This document shows, one piece after another, positions 1 to 15,825 of a stretch of DNA of 64,000 bases. This stretch comes from Eledone cirrhosa (lineage: Eukaryota), in NCBI GenBank assembly GCA_964016885.1, contig OZ024740.1, forward strand, positions 93,744,001-93,808,000, written 5' to 3'. Position 1 is the stretch's first letter. Every line of letters starts with the position of its first letter. The notes under the pieces were generated by a model that had not been told where the DNA came from, made no database searches, and saw only the letters and a program-made list of their open reading frames with translations. The translations under genes and the position numbers were made by a program.

Positions 1-1192
<1,192 letters not shown>

Positions 1193-1245
1193 AATAAACA
1201 TTTATTGTACTGCCTCTCTGTTATGTCTCTGTTCAAATTTTTCAT

Positions 1246-1277
<32 letters not shown>

Positions 1278-1290
1278 TTAATATATATAT

Positions 1291-4200
1291 CTAAGGCGGG
1301 TAAAATTCCCGAGATCCATGGACGAGTTCTCTCCAGAGGTCTCTGTCCCTCATTATCGCTGCCATGTCCTGCGTCTCCAACAGAAGTGTCTGTCCTTAGG
1401 GCATCAACATACGTTAACCTTGGTCATCATCTTCTAGTGTGTCCATGTAGGGGCTCCCAAAGGAGCACTGAGTGCAATGTCAAATCTGGATGTCGTTGAG
1501 CATATCCAGCTAACCTCAGTCTCCTCTGTGTCACTTTTGAGCAGACTTTTGGGATGCTCCCATACAGCTCTGAGTTGTTCATCCTCAGTGTATACTGATT
1601 TAATGTTCAGAGCCATCCTCAACATTGTCGTGTAGCACCCATCCACCATCTGAGTGAGTTTCTTGATCAGTGTCCAAGTCTCAGGCCCATACAGCAGCAC
1701 AGACTCCACTACATCAATGAAGAGGCGGACTTTCAAGACTCTACGAATGTCCGACATCCACACCGATCTCAAGCTGTGGCACGCAGCCCAGGCCTTGCTC
1801 TTCCTCTCAACCACATCATCTTCCGTATTCCCAATCTTTGCTCCCAATTACAGGAAGCCCTCAACCACTTCTAGCGGCTTCCCGCCTACATTAGTGATCC
1901 CCTCTGGCTTCTTAACATTCTCTACCAGATATTTTCTTTTAGTCTCATTCATTCTCAGCCCACACTCATCGACACAGTCTCAAACTCCCGCATCAAATCC
2001 TCTGCCTCCTTCACTGTATTTGTCACCAAAACTCTGTCGTCGGCAAATTCAGCATCCGATACCTTTTTTGCACTAACTCTCCTGCTCTGAGCCGATGCTA
2101 CAGTAAAGCCAGAGTCCTGGTGTTTCTCCAGTGCCAGGCGCATACAATAGTCCACTACGATGATAAAAAGGTAGGGAGCCAATGTATCTCCCTGGAGCAC
2201 TCCAGCCAGTATCTCAAAGAACTCTGTCATCCCATCAGGTGTAATGACTTGGGCTTTGGTGTTGGTGTTGATCAGTGATATCAGGTCCACTATCTTCTTG
2301 GGGATTCCATAAGCCTGTAAGATCTTCATCAGGCAGTAACGGTCCACAGAATCAAAAGCCTTCCTAAAGTCAATGGAAACCATGACCACAGGAAGGCACT
2401 TTGCTCTAGCTCCCTCTAGTATCCCCCTCAGCATCAGGATGTGACTGGTAGTTGATCTACCCTCTCTGAAGCCGTTCTGGTTGTCCCTATCTTCTTTTCC
2501 ATCTCAGGCTGGATCCTGTTAAGAATCATCCTGTTGAGGGTCTTTGCCACAAGTGACGTCAGTGAGATCCCCCTGTAGTTGTTGGTGTTAGAGAGATCTC
2601 CCTTCTTTGGCACTGGGACGATGTTACTGATCCTCCACTGATTCGGGGCAACTCCGTTCTACAGTGCCCCGTTACAGAACCCCAGGATGATATCATCAAA
2701 ATCACACCTCTTCATCACCTCTGATGCCACTCCATCTTCTCCATGAGCCTTGCCCTCCGTAATCCACTTCTTGGCTCTCTGAAGCTCCTCTCTGGTGAAG
2801 GGCTCTGTCTCAACATCCAGTTCCTCAAACAGCCGGCTGATCTCCACAGTGCTCTAAGCTGTGGAGGGTGGCTCTCCTAGTAGGGTCCTAAAATGGTCTA
2901 GCCATTTCCTCTTCCTATCCTCGGGCCCCGTTCCCTGGATCTGATTCGAACACCTTCTCTTCTTCCCTGTGGTCTGGTTGATGATCATCCAGCTCTCCCT
3001 ACATCCAGATCTGTCATCCGCTCTCTCCACACGTCTGATCTTCTCTATCAGTACCTCCTCTCTGACATCAGTGTAAGCGGTACAGAGTTCTTCCCTCATC
3101 ACCTCCACAGTCTCCATCCTCTCCTGCGTAGGATCAGCATAGAATTGGTCATTGGCAGGCTTCAGATGTTCTCTGGCTGCACACGCTTCTGGGTTTGCAG
3201 AGCTGACGTGCTTCCCTTTGTTCTTTTTCCTCGGCACCAGGGTTTCACTTGCTTCCGCCACTGCATTGGAGAAGTGCTCGTCACTCCTCGTCACACTTTC
3301 CTCAGTCCATCCAAGCTCTCTCTCCTCTGACTCTCCACACAGAGCACTAAACCTGTTTATCATCTTCCTTGAAAGCTCCCCAGTCATAGATGGTTCTCCG
3401 GGGCCGAGCCTTGCTCTTTCTTAAGCTCACCCGGACCTCATTCATAACAAGCCGGTGGTCACTACCCAGTGTACTGAAATAACTGTTAGGTTCTGTGTTC
3501 AGAACACTATTCCGCCACTTTTTCCTCACCAGGATGAAATCAATCTGGGACTGATATGTGCACATCTGAGATGTAGGTCCACATCTTCCACAGATTCTTC
3601 CTAAACCTTAGGTTGGTCGCCATCAAGTTCGCCTCCAGCAGGGTGTCTCTCAGTAGTCTTCCATTTCGGTTGGTGTTGTTATGGAAGTACCAGAAAGGAT
3701 CTTCACTGCCCTCCTTACTTAGATGTGCTTTGAAGTCCCCCAAAACAAGCAGGATATTGTGTGCCTGAGTGGTGTTAACAGCTCTACAGACCTCCTCATG
3801 GAACTCTTCCGCACTCACATCACTGTCCCCCACGGTTGGACTATAGGCTGATATGACTGTCAGTCTTGGGTTTCAATTGAAGGTCACCCTCAATACTCGC
3901 GGGGAGATAGGCATTATTTCCCTCACCAACAGATTGGTTCCTGCACTGAACACAAAACCCACTCTTCCTACTGCAGCATGTGTTGTGTTCTTCACTGCCG
4001 ATGTAGTGATGATCTGGCTCCTCTTCCCGATCATCACACTCCTCACGGGCTCATCGTGTAGGATCCTGTGTTCATGGATCGCAATATCTGTGTACCACTC
4101 TCCTCAAACAGATGTCCCAACTCTTATCTCTTCCCCAGCGTCCGAATAGTACTCACATTCAAAGTGCCCATTTTGATGGCTCTTCTGCAGGACAAAACTG

Positions 4201-4562
4201 CATTCTTTATATTTGTCTAAGAGACAGCTGATCCATCATCCACTGGCCCTCTCTGTGACTCTAAGCCAGCAGAGTCATAAGGACCAGGCTGCTCCTTGAC
4301 AGTGTAATTAGGGGCTCTAACCCTAGTGCTGTTAGATCGACTCTCCATATTTCTTTTCAAATGGCTGACAATACCTTACCGGCGCCACTCGAATAAGGTA
4401 GTTATTTAACCGATAAATGGAGCCCTGACAGGTACTCCCACCCCGGGCCAGGGCAGACCTGGGAGTCATGACAACTAAGGGGTAACTCCACATTCCCCAC
4501 AACTCATGAACTCCCGAACTGGAGCCTTGCCACTGGATGTAGTTTAATGTCATACCCAGGAC
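1291..4562 (-). mobile_element. RTE-clade non-LTR retrotransposon, near full length, decayed (APE + RT)
   Basis: Minus-strand fragments: APE (LVLGDFKAH, QIDFILVRKKWRNSV, GSDHRLV), RT (IDFRKAFDSV, GVLQGDTLAPYLF, EFADD) and C-terminal VESVLLYGPETWTL. Many stops and frameshifts. Both ends abut (TA)n. Confidence 0.92.
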
Positions 4563-4621
<59 letters not shown>

Positions 4622-4626
<5 letters not shown>

Positions 4627-5050
4627 AGATTTGAATGGATACAGTTTAGTTGAAATGAATTTATTGACACGTGTTTCTATAACAGTTACATAACATGAAA
4701 ACAGCTGCTATCTACAAAGTTTTAGTTATGCACACATTCAATATTTCAATGTTATTATTTACTGTCATTTCATCAGAATAATATTACTGAGGACCTATTT
4801 GGTTTTTATAGAGAATATTAGGAGGGAGGGGTGAAGTTGTTAGAAGAATAGTTGAGGGAGTGGTTTTTTGATAGCAGTGAGAATTGTTGGTGGCAGTGAG
4901 TAATTAGATACCCATCTGTTGTTTTGACATGTTTATAGAATATATTATTGGTTATTTTTCTAAATCTATAGAAGGATTAGATATAGTAAAGATATGCGTG
5001 GTTGGTTTTGTGTTTGCACTTAATTAACATTCAGACTTAAATTTTTCTTT
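4622..5050 (-). mobile_element. Probable PLE pLTR fragment carrying a hammerhead
   Basis: Non-coding segment between microsatellites, with a hammerhead motif followed by AATAAA near its 3' end. Confidence 0.5.
4661..4781 (-). ncRNA. Type I hammerhead ribozyme with long stem II insertion
   Basis: Minus strand: TTATT CTGATGA aATGACAGT...~70 nt...ACTGTTATa GAAA CACGTG TC AATAA. Stem I is TTATT/AATAA, stem III is palindromic ACACGTGT, site GUC. Confidence 0.7.
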
Positions 5051-5304
5051 CAAGTGTACGTATCCTTTCACCCACGCATTCACACACAAATATATTTGCA
5101 CACCTCTACAAAATACATATACTCACATTCACATAGTAACATGTTCATACTTACATACATATACACATGCATACATATATATATACACACATGTATTCAT
5201 GTACATACATACGCGTTCATGTGTATACATTTTCATACTCAACTTATCCTTATATACACACGTATAGACACACACATATATATATACATACTCTATATAT
5301 ATAT

Positions 5305-5393
5305 AACGGAAGAAATGTGGTAAGGAACAAGGTTGACCATAACGCACCAAAGTACTCAATACTTAGGGTAGTAGACTGGGTAATGGGAACGAG
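5305..5393 (-). repeat. Fragment of PLE-derived mini-element (AACGAAGG family)
   Basis: The same ~90-bp sequence (aacgaaggaaatgtggtaaggaaccagg...gggtaataggaac) recurs at 17931, 31770-31858 (inverted), 32838 and 42596, usually fused to (TA)n. Confidence 0.85.
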
Positions 5394-5599
5394 TTGGGGT
5401 CCATTGCTAAATCTGACCTTTATAAAATAACCCACACCCCAAATAACTTCTCATTCACTACCAGAAAGGGACACAGCAGTCAACCTGTTGTTGCTACCTA
5501 GATGAAAACTGCTATGAAATCCCACAATGAATTTTATACTTGAATTTTCAAGTCTCAAATTTTAACTCTTCGTATTATTAATTTTTCTTAATATTAATC

Positions 5600-5647
5600 A
5601 ACATTTGAAAAGATGGCTTTTGCAGACCCATCGAAACCGGTCATTTT
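5600..5647 (+). ncRNA. Type I hammerhead, U3-A8 variant core
   Basis: aacat TTGAAAA GATGG cttttgcagac CCATC GAAA CCGG TC atttt. Stem II is GATGG/CCATC and stem III is palindromic ACCGGT. Stem I is weak. Confidence 0.65.
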
Positions 5648-5747
5648 TTATACCCTTTATTATTTCCTTACCTTATAAAATTATGTTTTTTCACAAAAAA
5701 GTATTCTGTCTCTTACATATTCCATGTGCCATTACCAACCTCAATTT

Positions 5748-5919
<172 letters not shown>

Positions 5920-5921
5920 CA

Positions 5922-6527
5922 TGCGGGCTGCCAACTCGTTTTGGAGTACGGCCACTACTTTATATCCGTGTAGGAGAACCCGCACCGATGCCCTGAACGA
6001 ATGTGACTTTTGAGTCCAGCCAGCGACCTGAAACTCTTGTACAAACACTACACTTGTGACAATTATTGACACATAGTTCTGGCCCCATGGTACCATGTGT
6101 CGACAAGTGCAGACAGATCTCCAGATATAAAGCAATGCCTGTGCAGTGAAGCTTTTATAGTGAGCAAAGTCACTGCACAAAGCCAGTCCCACTCTCATAA
6201 CCAAGATGATATTTACGAAAATGAACAACAAGGCAACCTCATTGGATACCATCAGGATTTCATCTGTTATATCAGAGCTTTACTTCTCCTAGAATTCTGC
6301 CTTGACAAAGGTTAAGTGGACATTTCTCCCGGTGATTTTGTATGGCCATTGACTTTTAAGAGCTCCTTTGCCCTTTGACAGGTTTTGTTTTTAGTCCTGC
6401 AGGATGTCCAAAGTCACCCTCCTCACCAAGAAACCTTGGCGGGCTTGCCAGTTCAGTCGCCAACGACCCGACCGTGAGCCAGGTTGTACTGGTATACATG
6501 ATACTAGTAGCAACAACTGGTGACCTG
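5922..6527 (-). mobile_element. Non-autonomous RTE-derived bipartite element (~600 bp)
   Basis: Inverted homolog of 19437-20026. Has an RTE-like 5' UTR motif (ctaggagaag..aaa.ctctgata) and a 3' C2H2 remnant (CSVCTRV..SLAGLK). Confidence 0.7.
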
Positions 6528-6643
6528 GCATATATACATACACATATACAAAATACATAAACACATACACAAATATATATATGTATGTATATATATATAT
6601 ATATATATATACATATATACATATATATACACATATATATATG

Positions 6644-6685
<42 letters not shown>

Positions 6686-6773
6686 TACATATATATACAC
6701 ATATATATATATGTATGTATGTATATATATATATATACATATATACATATATATACACATATATATATATATG

Positions 6774-6828
<55 letters not shown>

Positions 6829-6834
6829 ATACAC

Positions 6835-6881
<47 letters not shown>

Positions 6882-6915
6882 TACATATATACATATATAT
6901 ATATATATATGTAGG

Positions 6916-6947
<32 letters not shown>

Positions 6948-6975
6948 TATACACATATATATATATATATGTATG

Positions 6976-7007
<32 letters not shown>

Positions 7008-7127
7008 TATACACATATATATATATATATGTATGTATATATATATATACATATATATACACATATATATATATATATGTATGTATATATATATATATAC
7101 ATATATATACACATATATATATATATG

Positions 7128-7200
<73 letters not shown>

Positions 7201-7216
7201 GTATGTATATATATAT

Positions 7217-7248
<32 letters not shown>

Positions 7249-7251
7249 ATG

Positions 7252-7349
<98 letters not shown>

Positions 7350-7441
7350 CATATGTATATATGTATGTATATATATAAATATACATATATATATATATAT
7401 ATATACATTTATATATATATATATACATAAATATATGTATG

Positions 7442-7518
<77 letters not shown>

Positions 7519-7534
7519 GTATGTATATATATAC

Positions 7535-7583
<49 letters not shown>

Positions 7584-7640
7584 TACATATATACATATAT
7601 ATATATATATACATTTATATATATATGTATGTATATATAT
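6528..7640. repeat. (TA)n microsatellite with higher-order ~50-60 bp periodicity
   Basis: Recurring atgtatgtat(at)n-acatatatacac units. Confidence 0.95.
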
Positions 7641-8135
7641 TTCGTTTCTGAATTTGTTTAGCAAGATTCTTTATCTGAAATCGTGTGTTGAAACCGATAT
7701 TGTTATACTTTGGGAGGGTCATGTTGCCAATAAGAAACACACGCACCAGAGAAACAGCAACATCACAACTTACAATTAAGGACAAAATGAAAACACACAC
7801 AGGACAAAATGAAAACACACACACACATAGAACAAATAACCAACCAACAATAAATAAAGAAATAAAGAAACAAATAGATAAATGAACACAAACACACACA
7901 TACACCCGAATGTGGCGCATGCGCAAACTGAGCACACAACACACACACAGAAACAAAATGGCGTAGGATAGAAGAAAGGAAAGGCACAGAAACAAAGAAA
8001 GGAATCCCCAGTCACTTAAGAGGTTACAGAGTGTGTGACGAAAGGACTATGACTATATATAAACAACTATCTGGTTGTGGAACCAACCAACGAACCAGAA
8101 ATGTATAAACTTGTAGATTTGTAAATTTATAATAT
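7641..8135 (+). mobile_element. Hammerhead-bearing pLTR-like family (homolog of 32245-32783)
   Basis: Shares ttcgtttctg...gggagggtcatgtt and ggcacagaaacaaagaaa...ctggttgtggaaccaacc with the 32.2-32.8 kb element. Confidence 0.75.
8010..8054 (+). ncRNA. Degenerate type I hammerhead
   Basis: AGTCA CTTAAGA g GTTACA gagtg TGTGAC GAAA GgaC TA TGACT. G5 is mutated relative to the CTGAAGA copy at 32531. Confidence 0.55.
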
Positions 8136-8143
8136 ATAAATAC

Positions 8144-8307
<164 letters not shown>

Positions 8308-8323
8308 GTATATATTTATATAC

Positions 8324-8369
<46 letters not shown>

Positions 8370-8374
8370 GTATG

Positions 8375-8440
<66 letters not shown>

Positions 8441-8487
8441 ATATATATATATATATATGTATGTATATATATATATATATATATATG

Positions 8488-8599
<112 letters not shown>

Positions 8600-8731
8600 T
8601 ATATGTGAAGACAAACATAGAATATTCGAAAATATTCTGTATGTTTATAATAAACATTTCGAAGACCCAATCGCTATAGAATAGAATACGTCACGTATTA
8701 CAATTTGAGATTCTCGATAAAAGCAAGGGAA

Positions 8732-8774
8732 GTAACCTACGCGTTTCATTCTCATTAGAAATCATCAGGATTAC
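8732..8774 (-). ncRNA. Minimal type I hammerhead (canonical core)
   Basis: GTAATC CTGATGA tTTCT aatg AGAAt GAAA CGCG TA GGTTAC. Stem I is extended by a perfect TTCTCGATAAAAGCA/TGCTTTTATCGAGAA helix. Confidence 0.85.
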
Positions 8775-9043
8775 ATATCCAGTGCTTTTATCGAGAATGA
8801 CACAGCTAGAGACTTATAGAATACTTAGCTCTGTACAGGAACTGGTTTGAAAGAGCGGTTGCCGGTCCGGCAGAAATTAGAATTTGGATATAATGCTCTG
8901 AAATAGCGATATATATGTGAAGACAAACATAGAATATTCGAAAATATTCTGTATGTTTATAATAAACATTTCGAAGACCCAATCGCTATAGAATAGAATA
9001 CGTCACGTATTACAATTTGAGATTCTCGATAAAAGCAAGGGAA

Positions 9044-9086
9044 GTAACCTACGCTTTTCATTCTCATTAGAAATCATCAGGATTAC
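9044..9086 (-). ncRNA. Second copy of minimal hammerhead, stem III mutated
   Basis: Same as 8732-8774 but reads GAAAAGCGTA, which breaks the ACGCGT palindrome. Confidence 0.65.
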
Positions 9087-9318
9087 ATATCCAGTGCTTT
9101 TATCGAGAATGACACAGCTAGAGACTTATAGAATACTTAGCTGTGTACAGGAACTGGTTTGAAAGAGTGGTTGCCGGTCCGGCAGAAATTAGAATTTGGA
9201 TATAATGCTCTGAAATAGCGATATATATGTGAAGACAAACATAGAATATTCGAAAATATTCTGTATGTTTATAATAAACATTTAGAAGACCATTTCAGAG
9301 CATTATATATATATATAT

Positions 9319-9434
<116 letters not shown>

Positions 9435-9564
9435 GTGAGGTTTTTTTACAAAATGAAAAATAACCGAGGTGTCCTACACGAGTGGAAGTATAAAGAAAAA
9501 GGGATGAAATCGAAAATGCAACTGAAGTCTTATTTTTTTTAAAAATATATATATTTATTTGGTT

Positions 9565-9602
9565 CCTTTACCGGTTTCGCAGTTCTTCTGCTTTTCAAAA
9601 GG
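9565..9602 (-). ncRNA. Minimal type I hammerhead, U3-A8 core
   Basis: Reverse complement of 9681-9718. Confidence 0.75.
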
Positions 9603-9680
9603 TGAGTTGAGATGGAGGGTCTGTGGTTTTTCTCCCATCTTGAGATGTGAGAAAAACCACAGACCCTCCATCTCAACTCA

Positions 9681-9718
9681 CCTTTTGAAAAGCAGAAGAA
9701 CTGCGAAACCGGTAAAGG
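9681..9718 (+). ncRNA. Minimal type I hammerhead, U3-A8 core
   Basis: CCTT TTGAAAA GCAG aagaa CTGC GAAA CCGG TA AAGG. All stems pair perfectly. Confidence 0.78.
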
Positions 9719-9868
9719 AACCAAATAAATATATATATTTAAAAAAAAAAATATGACTTCAGTTGCATTTTCGATTTCATCCCTTTTTCTTTATATATAT
9801 ATATATATTGTTATATTTGGGGAGGGTCATATTTGCGTAATATTGCCAGATTTAATAATTCATCGCCG

Positions 9869-12282
<2,414 letters not shown>

Positions 12283-12333
12283 GAATAAGTAAAAGCGAAG
12301 TAGTTTCAGATGTTCATGTCCTTTAATAATAAT

Positions 12334-12407
12334 GCTGTGATATATATTTCAATGACGACACTGGCCACACTGTTCTGTTTGCGAGGATCGTGACATCATC
12401 AGACATC
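12334..12407 (-). ncRNA. Probable hammerhead with extended stem II
   Basis: gaTGT CTGATGA tgtcACG...CGTcatt GAAA TATATA TC ACAgc. Stems I and II are imperfect. Confidence 0.5.
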
Positions 12408-12581
12408 TTGTTACATAATAAGGTTATGTTTCCGCGGCAATCCAAGTTGAATCGACATGGGACGGGACGAAATGTGTGCTTGTGGTTTCTTCATCCGTTC
12501 CCCTGTTAGTACCAATTCACCCCAACCGGTCTGCGCAGGCGCATGTCTGATGTATGTTGACCATAACTACCACAGATATCA

Positions 12582-12796
12582 ACGAAATTCGCTTAGTCAG
12601 TTCACCCTCTCAGCAAAACAGTGACCCTGGTGAGAGGTAGTATTGTCACCTGTAAAAACACTCTCCCATCCATTCTGGCTTTCGGCTGACCACCACAGAC
12701 GGGACGGGTAGCAGTAAACTATGGTACAGGCCTAGATGGGTCATTTTTTGGCTGAGAGGGTGAACTGACTAAGCAAACTGACTAAGCGAATTTCGT
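12582..12796. repeat. Inverted repeat (~45-bp arms) at 5' side of PLE remnant
   Basis: acgaaattcgcttagtcagttcaccctctcagc pairs with gctgagagggtgaactgactaagc...gaatttcgt. Confidence 0.8.
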
Positions 12797-12799
12797 GAG

Positions 12800-14160
12800 G
12801 AGGCGGATAAAATATACACAACATTCTCCAAGTGGACGCCAGTATAAAGTTCAGCATGGAACACACCGATGACCGCGGATCCCTATCCCTTCTGTACTTG
12901 CAACTCAAGACAACATCCACACCTTCTATAAAAAGCCGCCAGCAGGGACCTGTTGGTACATTTCAGAACGGTCCTCCCAGCCGGCGCTAACTTCGGATAC
13001 ATAAGGAACGAACTAACACGTATCCGGAACAAATGCACCGAGGCTAGAGACCGAGACATACACACCACACATTTCCTGGAAGTACTCAAACTGAACGGAT
13101 ACACGACATCCACCACAAACCGTGCCAGACAGAACAGAGGACACCACACCCGAGGCACTAACTTTTGCTTCCTGAAGCTCCCACACTTAAGTGACGAAAC
13201 AGCAACAGCCATCCGCAGATCTATCAGACGAGGGGAATATATATCCAACTGGCCCACACAGAACCTTCTCTATGCGGACAGCTAACCAACAGACACTCCA
13301 CCAGACATGACAACCGCTGCAGGCTAGCCAAATGCCCCATCAACGACACAGACCTATGCCACCAGGCTTACGTCGTATACAGACTAGAGTGCGACAAATG
13401 CAGCAACTTCTACGTAAGTAGCACCACCAGATCACCCCGCAGAATAATAAAAGAACACCTAAATACTAACGCTTCCTCATTTAAGAAACACCTAGTGAAA
13501 TGCAAAAACACCGACAATACCATAACAGTTAGGATAGAAACTAAGAATTATTGAAGCACTAATTATAGACAAAACACAACCACCAATCAATAATAGACTA
13601 GAACTCAACACCCAATTTATAACTTGATAGAGCAACTAGCCCCATACTTACACCACCCACTCATGCACACACACGCACACACACACGCACACAAACACAC
13701 AGACATACATACACGCTTACACCACTTATTCTCTCTCACACACATACATACACACACAAAGACCAGTTCTAACACGAGAGAACATCTACCCCCCCACATT
13801 TACGCATAGACACATCTTCTGACACACACACACACACACACATACTTACACATTCACGCATTCTCCCTCACACTTAAACAGACATGTACAAAAACACATT
13901 TTAAAGGGAGACTACTCTTTATCCACCTAACCTTAACTCTTTGACATTAGAGATAGAACATATACTCTATGCCATTTCCTGTAAGCATGACCTGGCAAGC
14001 AATTTAGAACACTGGTTTAACCGCTTTACTTCCCTCCGAAGAAGAGATATTATCTCGATAATTAAGGACATTTAAATAAATCTAAGGTAAAAGACTAATT
14101 GTCAACAATATCTTTTGCATTTGCATGTTTATTCTATGTCCATACCTGCATTGTTTAGCT
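12800..14160 (+). mobile_element. 5'-truncated Penelope-like element remnant (RT thumb, GIY-YIG, 3' pLTR)
   Basis: Peptides LKLNGY and FLKLPHLSD, then CPINDTDLCHQAYVVYRLECDKCSNFYVSST..IKEHL. A decayed hammerhead lies at 14031-14068. Confidence 0.8.
14031..14068 (+). ncRNA. Decayed hammerhead, CCGAAGA core
   Basis: cCCT CCGAAGA a GAGAT att ATCTC GATA ATTA AGG. GAAA is mutated to GATA. Confidence 0.4.
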
Positions 14161-14174
14161 TTACAAATTCAAAC

Positions 14175-14225
<51 letters not shown>

Positions 14226-14429
14226 TATACATATATAAACACACACATACATACACATATATACAAATACACATATACATAAACACACACATACATACGT
14301 ATACATACACACACATATATATATACACATATCTACACACATATATACACACACACATATATATATATATACACACACATATATACACACACACACACAC
14401 ACAGACATACATACATATATATATATATG

Positions 14430-15540
14430 AAAAAGAAGACAAGAGCGTCTACAACATCAATAGATTTTTCTTCCTTACGTAACCGTAGGATTCGTCAGAG
14501 CTGTAAAAGGGGTTTGATTGGTGTTATGGACTCTACCAACCAAACATTCAAGAACAAAGAGTAAAGAGAGTAAAGAGCAAAAGTAGGGGACGATAAGTCT
14601 AATTTTGGTGCGGGAGGGTGGGGTATGGGTCCTTGTTTACTAGCTGCGGTCAAATGGAAAAAGAGTAATAATAATAATCTATAATTAATAGTGTATAATA
14701 TGGCATGGGGAACATTACACTATAATAAGGTATCAAAGAAAGAATAAGGTAAAATATAAAGGAGGATAAAAGTGGAAATAATAAAGATAAAAAAATATAT
14801 AGAGAATATATAAAGAAATATAAGCGAATATATAAAGAAATATAAGCGAATATATAAAGAAATATAAGCGAATATTTGGAGGGGAAAACACAATGTAAAA
14901 AAACCGATTTTTTCAAATAATAATAAAAAAAATATAATAATTATGGGGGGAGAAAACGGGATAGAGGAATATGATCAAGTGTGATTAGTTGAGAGAATAT
15001 AAGATGATAATAGTTATGTCAAGTTTATACATCTTAATAATAAATAATCTGTGTATCAGAGTTGCAGAACCTTCAATTCACTTACGGGTTCAAGCCACGT
15101 GGCATGGTCCATTGTTTATCATGCGCGTTTGTTTTTGACACCACAGCAGATGCACAAGTTCGTAAATTCCAATGCAGATAGAAATCTATTTCTGCTCACC
15201 CGGACATTGACGGAGGATCCAATATTCCTAGTTCAATATGTGTGTGGTGTTATTTTGGTCGCACAAATCAATCACTTGGTTCAATATTATGGAGTATGGT
15301 TTTCTGGTCTTCGTAACAGTGTCAGTGGTTGTATATCTGGAAATCACAAGGATCACAGTACTCCGGTTTGGTGTGATTATCGGTCATCCAGCTATGTTGT
15401 TGGTGGTTGGATTCAATTCTATATATAGAGAGAGAGATTTTGAGTTTATGTTGGTTGTATACCAACACCTCAGTATGCAGGCTGGAGCACTCGACAAAGT
15501 GCGCAGGTTGGTTTGGTTACTCCGGAGTAGTGAGAAATAA
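14430..15540 (-). mobile_element. Highly decayed PLE 3' remnant (GIY-YIG tail and 3' UTR)
   Basis: Minus strand 15040-15280 gives CATKIT...IGSSVNVR and RFCN, aligning with the GIY-YIG C-terminus of the 59832-62291 ORF. Confidence 0.5.
14804..14875. repeat. 22-bp minisatellite x3
   Basis: gaatatataaagaaatataagc repeated three times. Confidence 0.95.
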
Positions 15541-15785
15541 AGTTAAATAAATTTCAAATGATTAAAATGTAGCTTCGTTTATTACTGCTATATATATTTC
15601 TGTGACAGCCAACTGGGCATATCAGAGTATTGGCAATATTATACACCTAAACAACATATGTACTTGTCTATACCATACTAATTCAAACTGCCCGAAGAGG
15701 TCACAGCCAAAGATGGCTGTCACTGAAATATATATAGCAGTAATAAACGAAGCTAAATTTTAATAATTTGACTTTTACTTAACTT

Positions 15786-15791
<6 letters not shown>
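15535..15791. repeat. Inverted repeat (~77-bp arms) overlapping a hammerhead
   Basis: tagcttcgtttattactgctatatatatttc.gtgacagcca pairs with tggctgtcac.gaaatatatatagcagtaataaacgaagcta. Confidence 0.85.
15687..15741 (+). ncRNA. Type I hammerhead, CCGAAGA core
   Basis: ACTGC CCGAAGA GGTcACAGCCA aaga TGGCTGTcACT GAAA TATATA TA GCAGT. Confidence 0.7.

Positions 15792-15823
<32 letters not shown>

Positions 15824-15825
<2 letters not shown>

Larger units (their letters stand above)
8605..9290 (-). repeat. 312-bp tandem repeat (~2.2 units), retrozyme-like
   Basis: gtgaagacaaacatag starts at 8605, 8917 and 9229. One hammerhead per full unit. Flanked by (TA)n. Confidence 0.9.
9489..9794. repeat. Near-perfect ~306-bp palindrome (fold-back) with two hammerheads
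   Basis: Arms are reverse complements about 9641/9642. The ORF track shows near-identical peptides on both strands. Confidence 0.95.

Noticed and set aside
9539-9756. Identical small ORFs on both strands
   Set aside because: A by-product of the palindrome.
14440-14505. Possible hammerhead on minus strand (CTGACGA...GAAA)
   Set aside because: Stem II is plausible, but no convincing cleavage triplet or stem I partner.
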